From: Octopus sinensis
Lineage: Eukaryota
Assembly: GCF_006345805.1 (NCBI RefSeq)
Contig: NC_043000.1
Location: forward strand, 47,616,001-47,680,000
Reading direction: 5' to 3'
DNA length: 64,000 bases
How positions within the stretch are numbered: position 1 is the first letter of the stretch; every line of letters begins with the position of its first letter. This document shows positions 11,386 to 24,738 of the stretch, piece after piece. Made by a program: the position numbers and the translations under genes. A model generated the notes under the pieces. The model saw only the letters and a program-made list of their open reading frames with translations, searched no databases and was not told the origin of the DNA.

Positions 11386-13240
11386 CATACAACAAAATGT
11401 ACACAAGCGAAAACTACCCAATTAGCGTTACATAATTATCAAATACATAAAATGTAACCATTTTTACGTAGGTAGTAATATCCTTTCATTATACACATAC
11501 ACACGCCCACACACATATCTATATATCTGTCTATCTATCCATATATATAAGCTCATGAAATTGATGGTCACGTCTGTTAAAAGATTTCTTCAAAGTTACT
11601 GGATAACAATAATAATAAAATTTATCAATGACTGCGATAGAAAATGTTGATAACTCACTTATTAAAGAAGCAATACTTATTTAACCACCATAAGCCTCTT
11701 TACTGTCTTTACTAGTTTGTTGCATTATTTAAATTCTAACGTCCTTCCATCCTACCACACTCCATGTCTATGTTTCTCATAACTCTTTTGATACTATTTA
11801 CAATTTATTTTTATTTCAAAACTGTCAGTTCCAAATTAAAGCTTCCTTGTTAATTGGAAAATGTTGAATATATACATATATATTTTTTTAACTTTATAAT
11901 ATTTCTATTTCTATAGTGAACGACAATGCTTCAGATTTATTACGAGATTTTACACTTAATGTTCTAACCTTGTCTTTTCAGCTTCGTCTTTTACAACTTT
12001 AAATTCAAGGTAAAAATAAGCACGATCACATTTCATCCTTCACTCCTCCTCAGTGTATGGACGCGTGTGTCGTCAAAAAGAAAGCAATATTATTATTGTA
12101 ATTTAATTATGTTCGCTAATGGAAATGCAAATTAATGTCTTAAAAATTCGTCTCTAAGAATCTAACTGCATCGACGATGGTGACATCAGCTTTTGCTGCC
12201 AAAATTTCGTGAAGGTTTTCTATATTCTTTGTTCATTTAAACGACGTATTTAGATCTTGCCCTTTCTGTTGCTTTTGCATACATAATCTTTTTATGTCCC
12301 TTTTACAATATTATCAGCTATTGGCATTATTTGGCTTTAGTGACCACCAATATCACTGAATTCGTCTTGGAGTTACTGTTTTGGGGTTTTCGATATCATC
12401 AGAAATTTGCCGACGTTTTACAGTCAAGAAAGTTAACACCTAATTTAAGTAATTCAAAATTTATGTTTGAATCAGAAAGAAACAATACAGCAACAATATA
12501 TGTTTCAACGCTATCAGAATATGTTCGTTTATATTCATTTGACTGTGTTTGTATTTTGAAGACTTATAATAACGACTCACGAACCAGGAGTTGGGAGGAA
12601 CTGCTCCTATAGTAAAATATTGATACACGTATATAAGATAACAATATTGCTACAGTTGTCTAATCAGGCATGGTAGAGCATAAGTTAAGCCCCCAAGCTA
12701 CTTAGATACTACGATGCTGTTTCAGTTCGAATTGGAAACCAGCTTAATTCACTTCGTCATTCTAACACCCTTCAGGTAATAATAAACATATAATAACAAA
12801 GTAAAAACCTGCACATTTTCCAGTCAGCATCCTCTTTTAAAATATAGATGTGTGAATTGTCAAATAGAAAGTAATGCTGATGTTGCAATTATAACAACTT
12901 CATGTAACACTGTGTAGTTCTTTATTTAAAAGGCTGCAGTGATAGTTGCAATACTTCGATGATTTGCAGTGTAGCCAATTAACAAAACTATTAAAGATGC
13001 ATTACAGTATATAGCTTCGTTTTCCTTAAACTTGAGTACAGTTTTACCTTTCGTATCCATGCTAACAAGAAAAGAAAAAAAAGAAAAAATAGCCTATGTA
13101 GTACCATGAATATTCTTACACGCTCCCATTTCATTGTAAACAAATTTCTATCTCCCCTCACAAGAAGTCAAAACTAACGTCTTGTATATAAACTCACATA
13201 TAAATATACATAAACATATATATATATATATATATATATA

Positions 13241-13271
<31 letters not shown>

Positions 13272-13776
13272 CTGTGTATACATACATATTTTAATTCTAC
13301 TATAAATAAAATAATGAGCTCTTTTGGACTATTATGAAGAGATATAATAAAAGACAAAACTATATCTAAGTTACTAGTTTTGAAGCATGTAGAGCCCTCT
13401 CTATATATGGAGCATTATGCATGAGCTGTGTGTGTATAGGAGATATTATTCTTCCTGACTGTAAAATGCAGTCGAAGACCAGCAAGAGAAGCGAGTAATA
13501 CAACAGGTTTACCACCTACTCACTAACAACATGGATTAACCAGGGATGTATTTACAAGACAGCTACATGCACATAATAATTTTCCTTCAGTAATGTCACT
13601 AAACAAATAATTGGAATTACAGTCTTTCTATATGAGAAACTAATACTGATGAAAAAATGTAGGGGTCACAACCGTAAACATTAATCAACTGAAATTAATT
13701 AAATATGATATTCAGTAGGGATAATTTGATCTTCTGTAAAATAGTGACAATTCCGTCATATTTGGATTTTAAGAGA

Positions 13777-13817
13777 CTACATTGACAAAGGGCAAATACC
13801 CTGAAACGCGTCTGTAG
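13777..13817 (+). ncRNA. Decayed minimal type-I hammerhead motif
   Basis: CTACA-TTGACAA-A-GGG-CAAATA-CCC-T-GAAACGCGT-C-TGTAG: 5-bp stem I, palindromic stem III ACGCGU, GUC triplet; core TTGACAA instead of CTGACGA. Confidence 0.55.
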
Positions 13818-14052
13818 CTGTCTGACTGGCAGTGTGAAGCGGCTGACTTCCCTTGTTCGAAGGTTATAATGGACACAGTTTGTGTGTCAAATAGCTAGCT
13901 TAAGGCGATGGCCTCATGGAGCTAATCAGCGACAGCTTTAATCTTATATCTATGAGACTGCCATATTAATATGGCGATAACAATTAATTTCCAGTAACGC
14001 TGCCGTAATCTCTTTTAGAGAGACTTAGTAATATGTATGCTCATAGGCATAT

Positions 14053-14129
<77 letters not shown>

Positions 14130-14477
14130 ATAATATATATATATATAGGAATAAAAATTTATATATAAAGAGACGAACACAGAAAACAGACAGGTCATTC
14201 GAAGCCTTTAATCTTCAGTCAGAAACCGAATCATCATAGCAAATTTCGGCTGATTAATTCTGATATTTGCTCCAACACGGCCAGCCCCAAGGAGAAACTA
14301 AGCTGTGAGCATTAGATTTCTTGGTAAAAGGAACGAATATAAACGCAACAGAGACGAATATAAATACAAAAAACGAAAACAAAATTAAAAACAAGAATGG
14401 TTAACAGCAGGTGTCTTACGACTTTAGACAAAATGAGACAAAAATAACTTATCTAGCATATATATATATATATTATA

Positions 14478-15003
14478 CAGGGTGTCCATAAACTCATGGT
14501 GCAGTTTAAAATGTATCTTCGTATCTATACATGGTAGAATTAATCAGTAAAAAGGATAAGAAAAAAGAATTTACCTAATGTTTTTATTCATCTTATTAAT
14601 TTTCAACATGTCCATTACTAATACGAAGAGATATACGTTTCTGTAATTCTCGGAAAGCATTTTCCAGCTGATACTCAGTGACACCTTCCAATCATATCAG
14701 TTATCCTTGCTTTCAATTCTGCTAAAGCTCAAGGATTAGTTGAATAAACAATACTTTTCACATCTCCCCATAAAAGTAAATCCAATGCAGTCAAATCTGG
14801 TGAACGTGGAGGTCAAAATAATGGTTCACCTCTTCCAATCCATCTGTTAGGGAATTTCTCATTTAGAAACTGCCTGACTTGCAGAGCAAAGTGACAAGTT
14901 GCACCACCTTGTTAAAAAACTGTATCCTCTATCAGTTCTAATTTTTCAAGCTTCGGAATGAAAAAATTTTGGAGCATTGCACCATGACTTTATGGACACC
15001 CTG
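14478..15003 (-). mobile_element. Internally deleted Tc1/mariner element
   Basis: TIRs CAGGGTGTCCATAAACTCATGGTGCA / TGCACCATGACTTTATGGACACCCTG; minus strand (W->stop)PPRSPDLTALDF at ~14780-14818. Confidence 0.85.
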
Positions 15004-16520
15004 AATATTCGTTTTACACAACACACACATACTTTTTGAGTTACTTATGCAAATATCTGTCTCAACTGTAATGAGTAAAGGCCAGGTATTTTCCTTGTTT
15101 ACTCTCTGTCCCTGTAATGTTTATTTCCTCCCTTTGTCGTGCAATAGATAGAACTATCGACACCACGAGAAAAGTAATATTGCCCAAAAGTGCTCGCAAC
15201 CGCAGTGAACTTTCGTTGACGCATAACGAAACATTTTGCGTACATTTTATTTGATAGTTTTTTCTGTAGTGATAAATAGTTAATTTACCAATGACTTTTC
15301 CATTTCTTTCCCCTTATTCTGTGTAACTATTTGCCGAGGAGCATTCCATATTCCCTGTTTTTGGTTCATCCTGTGACAAATTTTTTATCGATGTGTACTC
15401 TAACGATTTGTTTTACTACTTTGCTTATGCACACTTTATTCTCATATATAGGATATGTGTATGTGAATCTGTGTGTTGGTGTATGAAGAGAGAAAAACAT
15501 AGATTGGGAGGGAAAGCGATGCGAAGGTGTGATGGAGAGAGACGGAGAATGAAACGTTCGAAATGAAAATAAAAAAGAAAATGGTTTTAAGGTACGCTTT
15601 ATTAAAATGAATGTTTTCCTATGATTTCAGCACGTGGTTTAGTTTGTATTTGAGTGCGTGTAAGAGTCTGTGAGTGTTCGCTTATTTATTTATTTAATCA
15701 TCTATACCACCTTCCTCTATGAAACTTGGCACTTTGCCTGGTTCAGAATCAAAGGTAAGTTCTTGGCACTAACTGATATTTTAATGTAGTCTCTATTCGT
15801 TGTTGGAGTTATTTCATCTCACTTCAGTTCACTAACACAGGTTATTCTCCAAGGAATAATCTTTTACTATTCAACTTCATTCTATATTTTAAGGCTTTGA
15901 GTGTCATCAAAACTAAAGAAATATTTACAATTTTTGTTTTACATTATTTACGGAAGCTAATATTTACGTTTCCCTAATTACACCTGTTTTACCATTTATA
16001 TTTGTACGAATGATCAATCAAATTTAAATATTTCATTTAGGTCAGGGAATAATACTACAACGTCATATTGTTTTAGACTTTCATATTATACAAACATGGA
16101 ACCCTGTGGGTTTTTTTTTTAACTTCATCAATGAGGGTAAAAATGGTACCCATATCTCTTTGTTTCTTTTTCACGACCTCAAAGCCAAGTGGGAGGAAGG
16201 TATGAAATTATTTTCAAACTGAAGCCCTTACTCGACTGCTCAGAACAGGTTAAGTTTCATTAAGACATCTGAAACCCAGGTGGTGGTTTAAAACTGAGCA
16301 TTGAATTAAGTAAATCATATAAGAAATCAGAATGCAAAGAACGGGGGAAATATCGTAGCGCAAGTCTTCCGACGCCTCAACAATCATGACAATCAACACT
16401 GGTATTTAATTTAATGACACCGAGAGAGCGAAAACAATTTCGATTAGACACACTTCCCCATCTCTCTCTGCCCCCATTATCGCACAACTTACGTTTTCTA
16501 CTATTTAAATCCTTCTATCA

Positions 16521-16560
<40 letters not shown>

Positions 16561-16568
16561 TAATAATA

Positions 16569-16644
<76 letters not shown>

Positions 16645-16959
16645 CTTTTCTACTGATGGCTCGCCTTAACGAAGTGTCAGGGTGCTTGGATGTTTCAATA
16701 CCTTAGTCTCGCCATCACCCCCAATAACACAAACCTTTTGGAAGGAAATTTTCCAGTTGTGTTAGGAGCTTTTTGCTCATTTCAACTTTTCAAACACGAG
16801 TGATAAAGTAACCTGTATAGAGATAATTGTTTTTAGAAACGGTGTTGAATATTTCCGATTTAGATGTAATTTAGAATAATAATAATAATAATAATAATAA
16901 TCTTCTTTTGTGTTGAGTTGTTTCTATCTCAAGCAGTGATTATGATAGCAGGGCTATTG

Positions 16960-17103
16960 TGGGGGAGGGTACTTAATTTATCGACCCCGAAAGGATGAAA
17001 GGCAAAGTCGACCTCAGCGGAATCTGAACTCAGAACATAGCGACAGGCGAAATACCGTTAAGCCTTTCGCCCAGTGTGCTAACGACTCTGCCAGCTCGCT
17101 GCT

Positions 17104-17161
<58 letters not shown>

Positions 17162-17510
17162 TAATAATAGGTTCAGATTTGGGGACATGGCCAGTAATTT
17201 CGGGAAGTAAGTCGATTACATTGCCCAACGTGCTTAACTAATACTTTAATCGACTCCAGTACGCAACTGGTACTTATTTTATCGACCCCGAAAGAACGAA
17301 AGGCATAGTCGACTTCGGTGAAATTTAAACTCAGAACGTAATGACAGACGAAATGCCGCAAAGCATATTGTACGGCATGCTAACGATTCTTCTAGATCAC
17401 CGTAAGAATAATAATAATCTTTTCTACTATAAGGCACAAGGCCTGAGATTTTGTGGGAGGGGAATAGTCGATTACATCGACCCCAGTGCTAACTGGTACT
17501 TAATAAAGGT
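16960..17510 (-). mobile_element. Cluster of SINE family A fragments separated by (TAA)n
   Basis: TTTATCGACCCCGAAAGGATGAAAGGCAAAGTCGAC cores at ~16978 and ~17278, plus a tail fragment at ~17410-17510. Confidence 0.75.
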
Positions 17511-17519
17511 CGGAATAGC

Positions 17520-18650
17520 ACAGAAAAGACCAAAATCAATAGCATAACTGCGCGTAAATGAAAGACCTTTGGAAGAAATATCAGTGAATTGACGATTCTT
17601 ACAAATACGCCTTACATCAGTATTTCGAGAAATGAAAGAACAAACCCATATTTGCATGTACAAAGTAGAAACTTTATTGACATTTAAGCACACACCATGG
17701 CATGTGCTATAGAAACCCTGAATACAACTGCGATAGCAGTAACAACAAAACACTCCAATGCACAGAAGATGTTTAAGGAATAGAATGAAATTCATGCGGA
17801 AAAAGAAGCGTACAAAAAGAGGAACCATATGATTAAAATATTGAATAGATTATTAAATCAAAGAAAACAAGCGTACTGGAAGGCACTCAGAAAAGAAAAG
17901 CCGGCAGATATAGAAAAACAAAATGGACAGCGAATAATTCGTTTCCCCACGTAAGTTTCAACGAAATGTGGAAACTAAAGCCAGAATAAACATCACACTT
18001 AAAAAATTCGGAGCAGAAATCACCCTTCTGCAATTTCGAGTACATAAATTCAAAACCAAATTCGAAAAATGAGACGCCATAACGATGAAGGAAATCACAA
18101 AAGAACGAATGGAAAAACACATAAAAAATTATTAGATCTAAAGGAAAAAAGAGATGTAGAAAGAGAAGATATAAAATAAAATAAAATACTAGAATCAAAA
18201 AATCTGTGTTTACCAGAGTATGAAGCTAATTATGAACAAAATTAGAGAAAATTAAAAGAAAAACATAAAAATCTTTAAAATGGACAACTTAATAACAGAA
18301 AAGACCATAACTCCTTCCGTAATAATTTACAAGGCAGATCAAGAAATGATCACAAGGTGACGACCCATACCCTGCCAAATGCAAAAATAATTTTTTAAAT
18401 GGACAGAAATTCAATAATTCATAACAAAAACTAAACTACCATAAAACCCACCCAAACAATAAGAGAGGAAGAACAAATCAAATTATACCGTCAGACATAA
18501 GAAAAGTGTATAAATTTACTAGAAACAAGCCAATATAGTCGGGGGAAATGGTTTAACAATAATACTGAATATATCAACAGCTGGAAAATCTTCGTAAATA
18601 TAAAGTAGAGCAGAAGGACAGGTGCAAATGATTCGCAAAACAAAAATGCT
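17520..18650 (+). pseudogene. Highly decayed non-LTR retrotransposon region upstream of the RT core, R4/Dong-like
   Basis: NQRKQAYWKAL and IREEEQIKIIPSDIRKVYKFTRNK...NNY(W->stop)IYQQL resemble the KxPGxDGxxNYWxK region of R4/Dong RTs; multiple frameshifts. Confidence 0.4.
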
Positions 18651-18690
18651 TCTCAGGGAGCAGAAGCTCTAAACAGAAACGAAAGAAATG

Positions 18691-19071
18691 GTTAATGCAA
18701 TTTGAGAGAAATTTTTTTTCAAGTTGCAGCAATGGTGACGGTGGTAGGTCTCTTGATAATAGATCGTTATTGTTATAGAAGTATACAAATTTTTCAACAA
18801 AATCCCACAGTATAAGGTTTTTGTAAAATCTGCTGCATCAAGTTTCGGAGTTATGCAAATTTAAGTTACGCAAAAATCACATTACATTTTCTATGAGGAT
18901 TCATTGAGTTTGATTTAGGCACTTTTCGATTAATTGTTTCAGTATTACTTTGACTCTTTGTTGAAAAATTTGTATACTTCTATAGCAATAACGATCTATT
19001 ATCAAGAGACCTATCACCGTCACCATTGCTGCAACCTGAAAAAAAAAACTTTTCTCTCAAATTGCATTAAC
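18691..19071. mobile_element. Young MITE with ~115-bp near-perfect TIRs
   Basis: GTTAATGCAATTTGAGAGAAA...TTGAAAAATTTGTATAC mirrored at ~18957-19071; TTAA lies at both outer edges. Confidence 0.85.
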
Positions 19072-19320
19072 AACTTAACTAAGAATAGAATTTGAGAAAA
19101 GAACTTGGTTCTATTAACTAAAAGTAAGATGGAATGGTCATAGAGGGAGTGTTTTCATCATGGGTATACTTGAACAAAATTTATCTGTGGTTAAATAGTT
19201 GTAATAAGGAAACGACAACAACAGTAGAAACAGTTGCAGCAACTATGAAAGCTATCATTCCTGTTGCTGTTGCTAACACGACAAATCATTATGGCGCAGC
19301 AAACATTGTTATTGATATTT

Positions 19321-19377
<57 letters not shown>

Positions 19378-19584
19378 TTGTTGTTGCTGTTGTCGTCGTC
19401 GTCGTCGTTGTTGTTGTTGTCCTCCTAGCTGTAGATGTCCCGATTACATTTACATTTTTTGAAAACTGTGATTATGGATTTATAGCCAGTATCTGTCGAA
19501 CCGAGTTGGTTTGACAGACTAATTGTTTGATTGATCAAGCAATTGATTAAGTCAGCTGGTTAGTAATATCGTTGTTGTCGTTGT

Positions 19585-19620
<36 letters not shown>

Positions 19621-19729
19621 CGACGACGATGAAGATGATGATAACAATAATAATACCCACAGCTCATACCCAAAGCACACAGAGCTGTGCTCGGCAGTGC
19701 AGTGAACGCACGTGGTTAAAATAAAACTA

Positions 19730-19796
<67 letters not shown>

Positions 19797-19799
<3 letters not shown>

Positions 19800-20115
19800 T
19801 GTGGAAGATGAAGACTAAAACAATACCTGTTGTCATAGCGAAAGGGACTGATTGCTACCTAACTCAGATACCAGGAAACCCCAAAATGGCAGAAATTCAA
19901 AATATAGTGTTCATGGGAACTGCTCATATCCTACGCAAAATACTCTCTATGTAATCCCAAGGTTTAAAACAAACTTTTTTTTATATATATATATATTAAA
20001 CATTCACTAGTACAACACCAAAAAAACCCAAATATATGGCACACTAGGCATAACAACAACGTGAACTTCCAACCTGTTGTCTCTTGAGACATAAAGCAAA
20101 AGTCAAACATAGAAT
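19797..20115 (+). mobile_element. 3' fragment of the R4/Dong-like element, in a (TAA)n tract
   Basis: MWKMKTKTIPVVIAKGTDCYLTQIPGNPKMAEIQNIVFMGTAHILRKILSM; nearly the same as ~46370-46725. Confidence 0.85.
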
Positions 20116-20352
20116 AATAAAAATAACAATAATAATAATAATAATAATAATAAGGATGGTGATGATGATGATGATGATGATGACGACGACGATGAAATGC
20201 AACCACTGCGTGTGTTTTATTGGCAAGATCGCCACCAAGTTACAAAAGTGAACTCAAAGTTATATTTCTTAACCAACAGCATTCACAATTTCTAAGGTAC
20301 ACATGTACGTACACATACACACACACACATATATATATACACACACGGATGC

Positions 20353-20420
<68 letters not shown>

Positions 20421-20449
20421 TATATAAGTGTGTGTGTGTGTGTGTGTGT

Positions 20450-20490
<41 letters not shown>

Positions 20491-20835
20491 GTGTGTGTAG
20501 ACATGTAACTAATTATTTTAAACTTGGGTATAGATCAGGTAGTAACCCGATTAAAGCACGTTCGCTGTCTGCAGCTACCTTATGTCATAAGATATGTATG
20601 TATGTGTGTATGCATGTATGTATGTACGTGCGCATGTACTATGTATGTATATGTGCGTGTGTGTGTGTTTGTGTGTATGTGTTATTTCTTTGGTTTTCTC
20701 AAATTTTCCTTTCGTCTCTGCTTCTATTTCGCCGTCTCAGTCTCGTTAGAGTTGCAAAATAAATTTAAATAATTTATACGGGTCAATTACTAACAAAGAA
20801 AATATTGTATGATTTCTACATAAATTACGCAAACC

Positions 20836-20933
<98 letters not shown>

Positions 20934-23238
20934 TGATAATAATAATAATAATAACAACAACTACAACAACAACAAGTGATTGGCTAGAATAAAAACAATA
21001 TTCTTCTGAAATCATCATTTAGCATCAGATTTTATTAATTCCACCCAAAATAAAATTTATGTGGTTTCATATATATATACATATGTGCTTGTATGCATGT
21101 ATGTATGTATGCATGCACGTATGTATGTATATATATATATATATAATATATATATATAATATATATATATATATATTATATATATATATATATTATATAT
21201 ATATATTATATATATATATATATATACATGTATGTATATGTATATTTCTATATACTTATATACACACATACATACCTGCGTACAAACATGTGTGCGTGCG
21301 CGCGTGCATGTATATTAAGCTTGGAAAATCAATTACTTTGGGTAGTTTTATCGGTGAAAAAGTTATAGTATTTTTTAAAAATCCAATAACGAAACAAAAA
21401 ATAATAATAGTAATTTTTGTAAAAATTAAAACTGAAAAACCTAAGAAAACAGAAAATATATAACGCGAAATAGGTTTAAATGAATGTACTTTTAAAATCA
21501 ATAAACAAGTACAACATGAACAGCCTTAAAATATATTTAAGACAAACAGACACAAAAATATAAAGAACAATATTGTTGTCTCTTATGACTTTTAAAGATA
21601 CAAAAATCGATTGTGAAAGGCCTGTAGCTATGTGTTTTAATATATTACCATTATGATAAATACTTTTTTACTCTCTTACCCTCTTCTATCTCTCTTTTTC
21701 TCTTGATCTTTCCTCTCAGTCTCGGATTCTTACATACATATTTAAATAATATGTCTGAGCAATATTCAGGTGATGAAATATAAATGTATCTATTTATATA
21801 TACATGTGTAACATCATCATCATCATCATCATCATCAACCATCATCATCGATAGCATCATCATCCTTTTCCCTAGGATGATTCACAATTTCAGTTAAACT
21901 CATGAGCAAAAACGTATATGTATGTGTGTGTGAGGGAGGTTGTATATTTATGTATCGTTCTATTTATCTAAATATCTACCACCACCACCATCACCGTCTT
22001 CAGCATCACCATCGTTATCACTTATTAAAGTCGGCTATCCTTACTGGCCTAGTCAGAATGGTTCGACAGGATCCTATAAGCCTGAGAACTCTCTCGAGAT
22101 CCGATGTCTGCTTTGGCAGGGTTTATTGTGCACTTTTTTTTCATGGCACCAGCACAAGTGAGGTTACCAAATAATTCGCAAGACAAAATAGCCCCCCACA
22201 ACTGAGTATGAGTGAAGTTGAGGTTGAAGTGGCTTCTATGCTCAATGCCGAAAAACTAAATTATGATAGAACAAGAACAAATGTCATAGTGTAGAGAATA
22301 AATATAGCTACATTGCACTGTAAATGGTGAGTGGTAGGAGCCGGAAAGAGAGATATGTTAGTAGTGATGAGGCGTCAGACGGTAACGGATGGTAGGTAGT
22401 TAAGTATGTAAGATTGTGAAAGGATAGTAACAGATGTTTAGAGTTAGAGGTAGATGTGAATATGGTGAATGGTGAACAAGAGTGAAGGCGTGGTTGATGG
22501 TAAACATAAGTTTTGGAAGAAAGGGATACGAAATAGAAGCGGTTCAGTGGGGAGGTATATGTGGTATTACAAAAGGAGGAGGAGAGCAGGTGAATAATAT
22601 ATAGGTAAATGAGAAATAGGGAGGTGATGAGTGAGGGTCGGTGGGTAAGAAGGGGTTTGAGGGTACAGAATGAGAAAGAAAGGTATAGTGGCAGAGATGG
22701 AAGTACGGGTAGAGTGAGTGTACAGCAACAGTGATGGTGTACAGTTTATGGTAAGCGTGAGTGTGTGTTAAGAATTTTGGTATGGTAGTCGTAAGATGTA
22801 GCTACGGGAAAAGAGAGAGAGAGAGAGATAGACATGGTAGGATAGAAGAGGTGGAGTTCAGAAGAAAAATAAAGTGGGATTTTGCGAATGAGGAATGGAT
22901 GACAAGAAGTTGTTCAAGGGAGATGACAACTGGCAGTATAACGGGACGATAAAATTTATACACACACGCGTATATGTATGTATGCATGTATGTACGTACG
23001 TATGTATGTATACTCTTTTACTCTTTTACTTGTTTCAGTCATTTGACTGCGGCCATGCTGGAGCACCGCCTTTAATCGAGCAACTCGACCCCGGGACTTA
23101 TTCTTTCGTAAGCTCAGTACTTATTCTATCGGTCTCTTTTGCCGAACCGCTAAGTAACGGGGACATAAACACACCAGCATCGGTTGTCAAGCAATGCTAG
23201 GGGGACAAATACAGACACACACACAAACACACACACGC

Positions 23239-23334
<96 letters not shown>

Positions 23335-23361
23335 AAATAAAAACATGATGCCAAGGATTCA

Positions 23362-23439
23362 GCGGTACATATGTTTCGGGCCTTTATTAGACGGATTTAT
23401 AACAATGCATAATGTATGTCTGTGGCCTTCTTCAGCCGC
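23362..23439 (-). ncRNA. Type-I hammerhead ribozyme motif (mirror copy)
   Basis: Exact reverse complement of 23664-23741. Confidence 0.8.
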
Positions 23440-23663
23440 GCACAACAACTTCCACAAGGACATGTGTTACATCAAAAATTCTTGGTTGGGGATGCAAATC
23501 CTCTCATTCGCATACGACATAATGCGGCAACAGCATAGAATTGAAGCGTCCATCTCGTTCTTCTCTCAATGTATGTCGCATTATGTCGTATGCGAATGAG
23601 AGGATTTGCATCTCCAACCAAGAATTTTTGATGTAACACATGTCCTTGTGGAAGTTGTTGTGC

Positions 23664-23741
23664 GCGGCTGAAGAAGGCCACAGACATACATTATGCATTG
23701 TTATAAATCCGTCTAATAAAGGCCCGAAACATATGTACCGC
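23664..23741 (+). ncRNA. Type-I hammerhead ribozyme motif
   Basis: GCGG-CTGAAGA-A-GGCC...GGCC-C-GAAACATATGT-A-CCGC: intact CUGANGA and GAAA, stem I GCGG/CCGC, palindromic stem III ACAUAUGU, GUA triplet (predicted cleavage after 23737). Confidence 0.8.
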
Positions 23742-23843
23742 TGAATCCTTGGCATCATGTTTTTATTTTGATCAATTTACTCCACCACCTACACCACCAA
23801 ACGGTATATACAGGTGCTTACAATTATCAAGTACTCACCCCGA

Positions 23844-23906
<63 letters not shown>

Positions 23907-24738
23907 TACGACAGGCTTCTTTCAGTTTCCGTCTACCAAATCCACTCACAAGGCTTTGGTCAGCCCGAGGCTATAGTAGAAGACACTTGCCCACGGTGCC
24001 ATGCAGTGGGACTGAACCAGGAACCATGTGGTTGGTAAACAAGCTACTTACCACCTATGTATCTATGTGTATTATGTATGTATGTATGTATGTATGTATG
24101 TATGTATGTATGTATGTACACACGCGTGTATCTTAAAAAAGAATATCTGGAAACAACACCAATGATACCTCAATATTTTCATTCCTAAAGCTGTTTCAGT
24201 AATTCGTAAATCGCATTATTATGCAGGTTGTAAGAACTATAACATTCATGATTAATTTTCATGTTGTTGCCATCCATTGTTAAACCAAAAACTTGATATA
24301 ATCCAATATACAATTTAAAGCTTTATTAACAGTTTCAGATTTGCTCTTAACACTATTTTCGCATAATGTTTCTTTTGTTATTTCAGACTTCTAAATTTGA
24401 AACCCTTTGCTTTAGAGGCAGTGCTTTCACTAGGATTCTTTGTATTGTTCTTGTTCATATTCTTGTTGTTTCTGTTTAACGTTTATACCTATCCTTAGTA
24501 ATGCTATTGTTCAGTACCCATTTCAGTTTAGCATTAGACACAGAGATTTTTGTTGTTGTTTTTTTTTCATTTTGTCCAATTTCTCTGACGGTTTCGATAG
24601 AATTAGCCGTGTTATCATTAAAACTATTATCATAAGCTGAAAGCTTTGACGTCATATCTGCTCTTAACTAGGCCACAAGTAATGGATTTAAAGTAGTTAA
24701 ACAAGCACAGGAGATATTGAAGGTATGCTTGCCGGCAA

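Larger units (their letters stand above)
23331..23772. repeat. 442-bp fold-back: 196-bp arms (one mismatch), 50-bp spacer
   Basis: 23331-23526 is the reverse complement of 23577-23772; the ORF track shows nearly identical proteins on both strands. Confidence 0.97.
23020..24055 (-). mobile_element. SINE family B copy split at its central microsatellite (3' half 23020-23215, 5' half 23905-24055)
   Basis: Both halves match intact copies at 40005-40400 and 40893-41290; the fold-back at 23331-23772 sits in the (TA)n between them. Confidence 0.85.

Noticed and set aside
13960-13975. 16-bp perfect palindrome GCCATATTAATATGGC
   Set aside because: The A/T spacer is too long for a CArG box; an isolated short palindrome with no other support.
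15719-15760. ATG...AAG|GTAAGT mini-exon (MKLGTLPGSESK)
   Set aside because: Strong donor, but too short to support and no convincing downstream exon.
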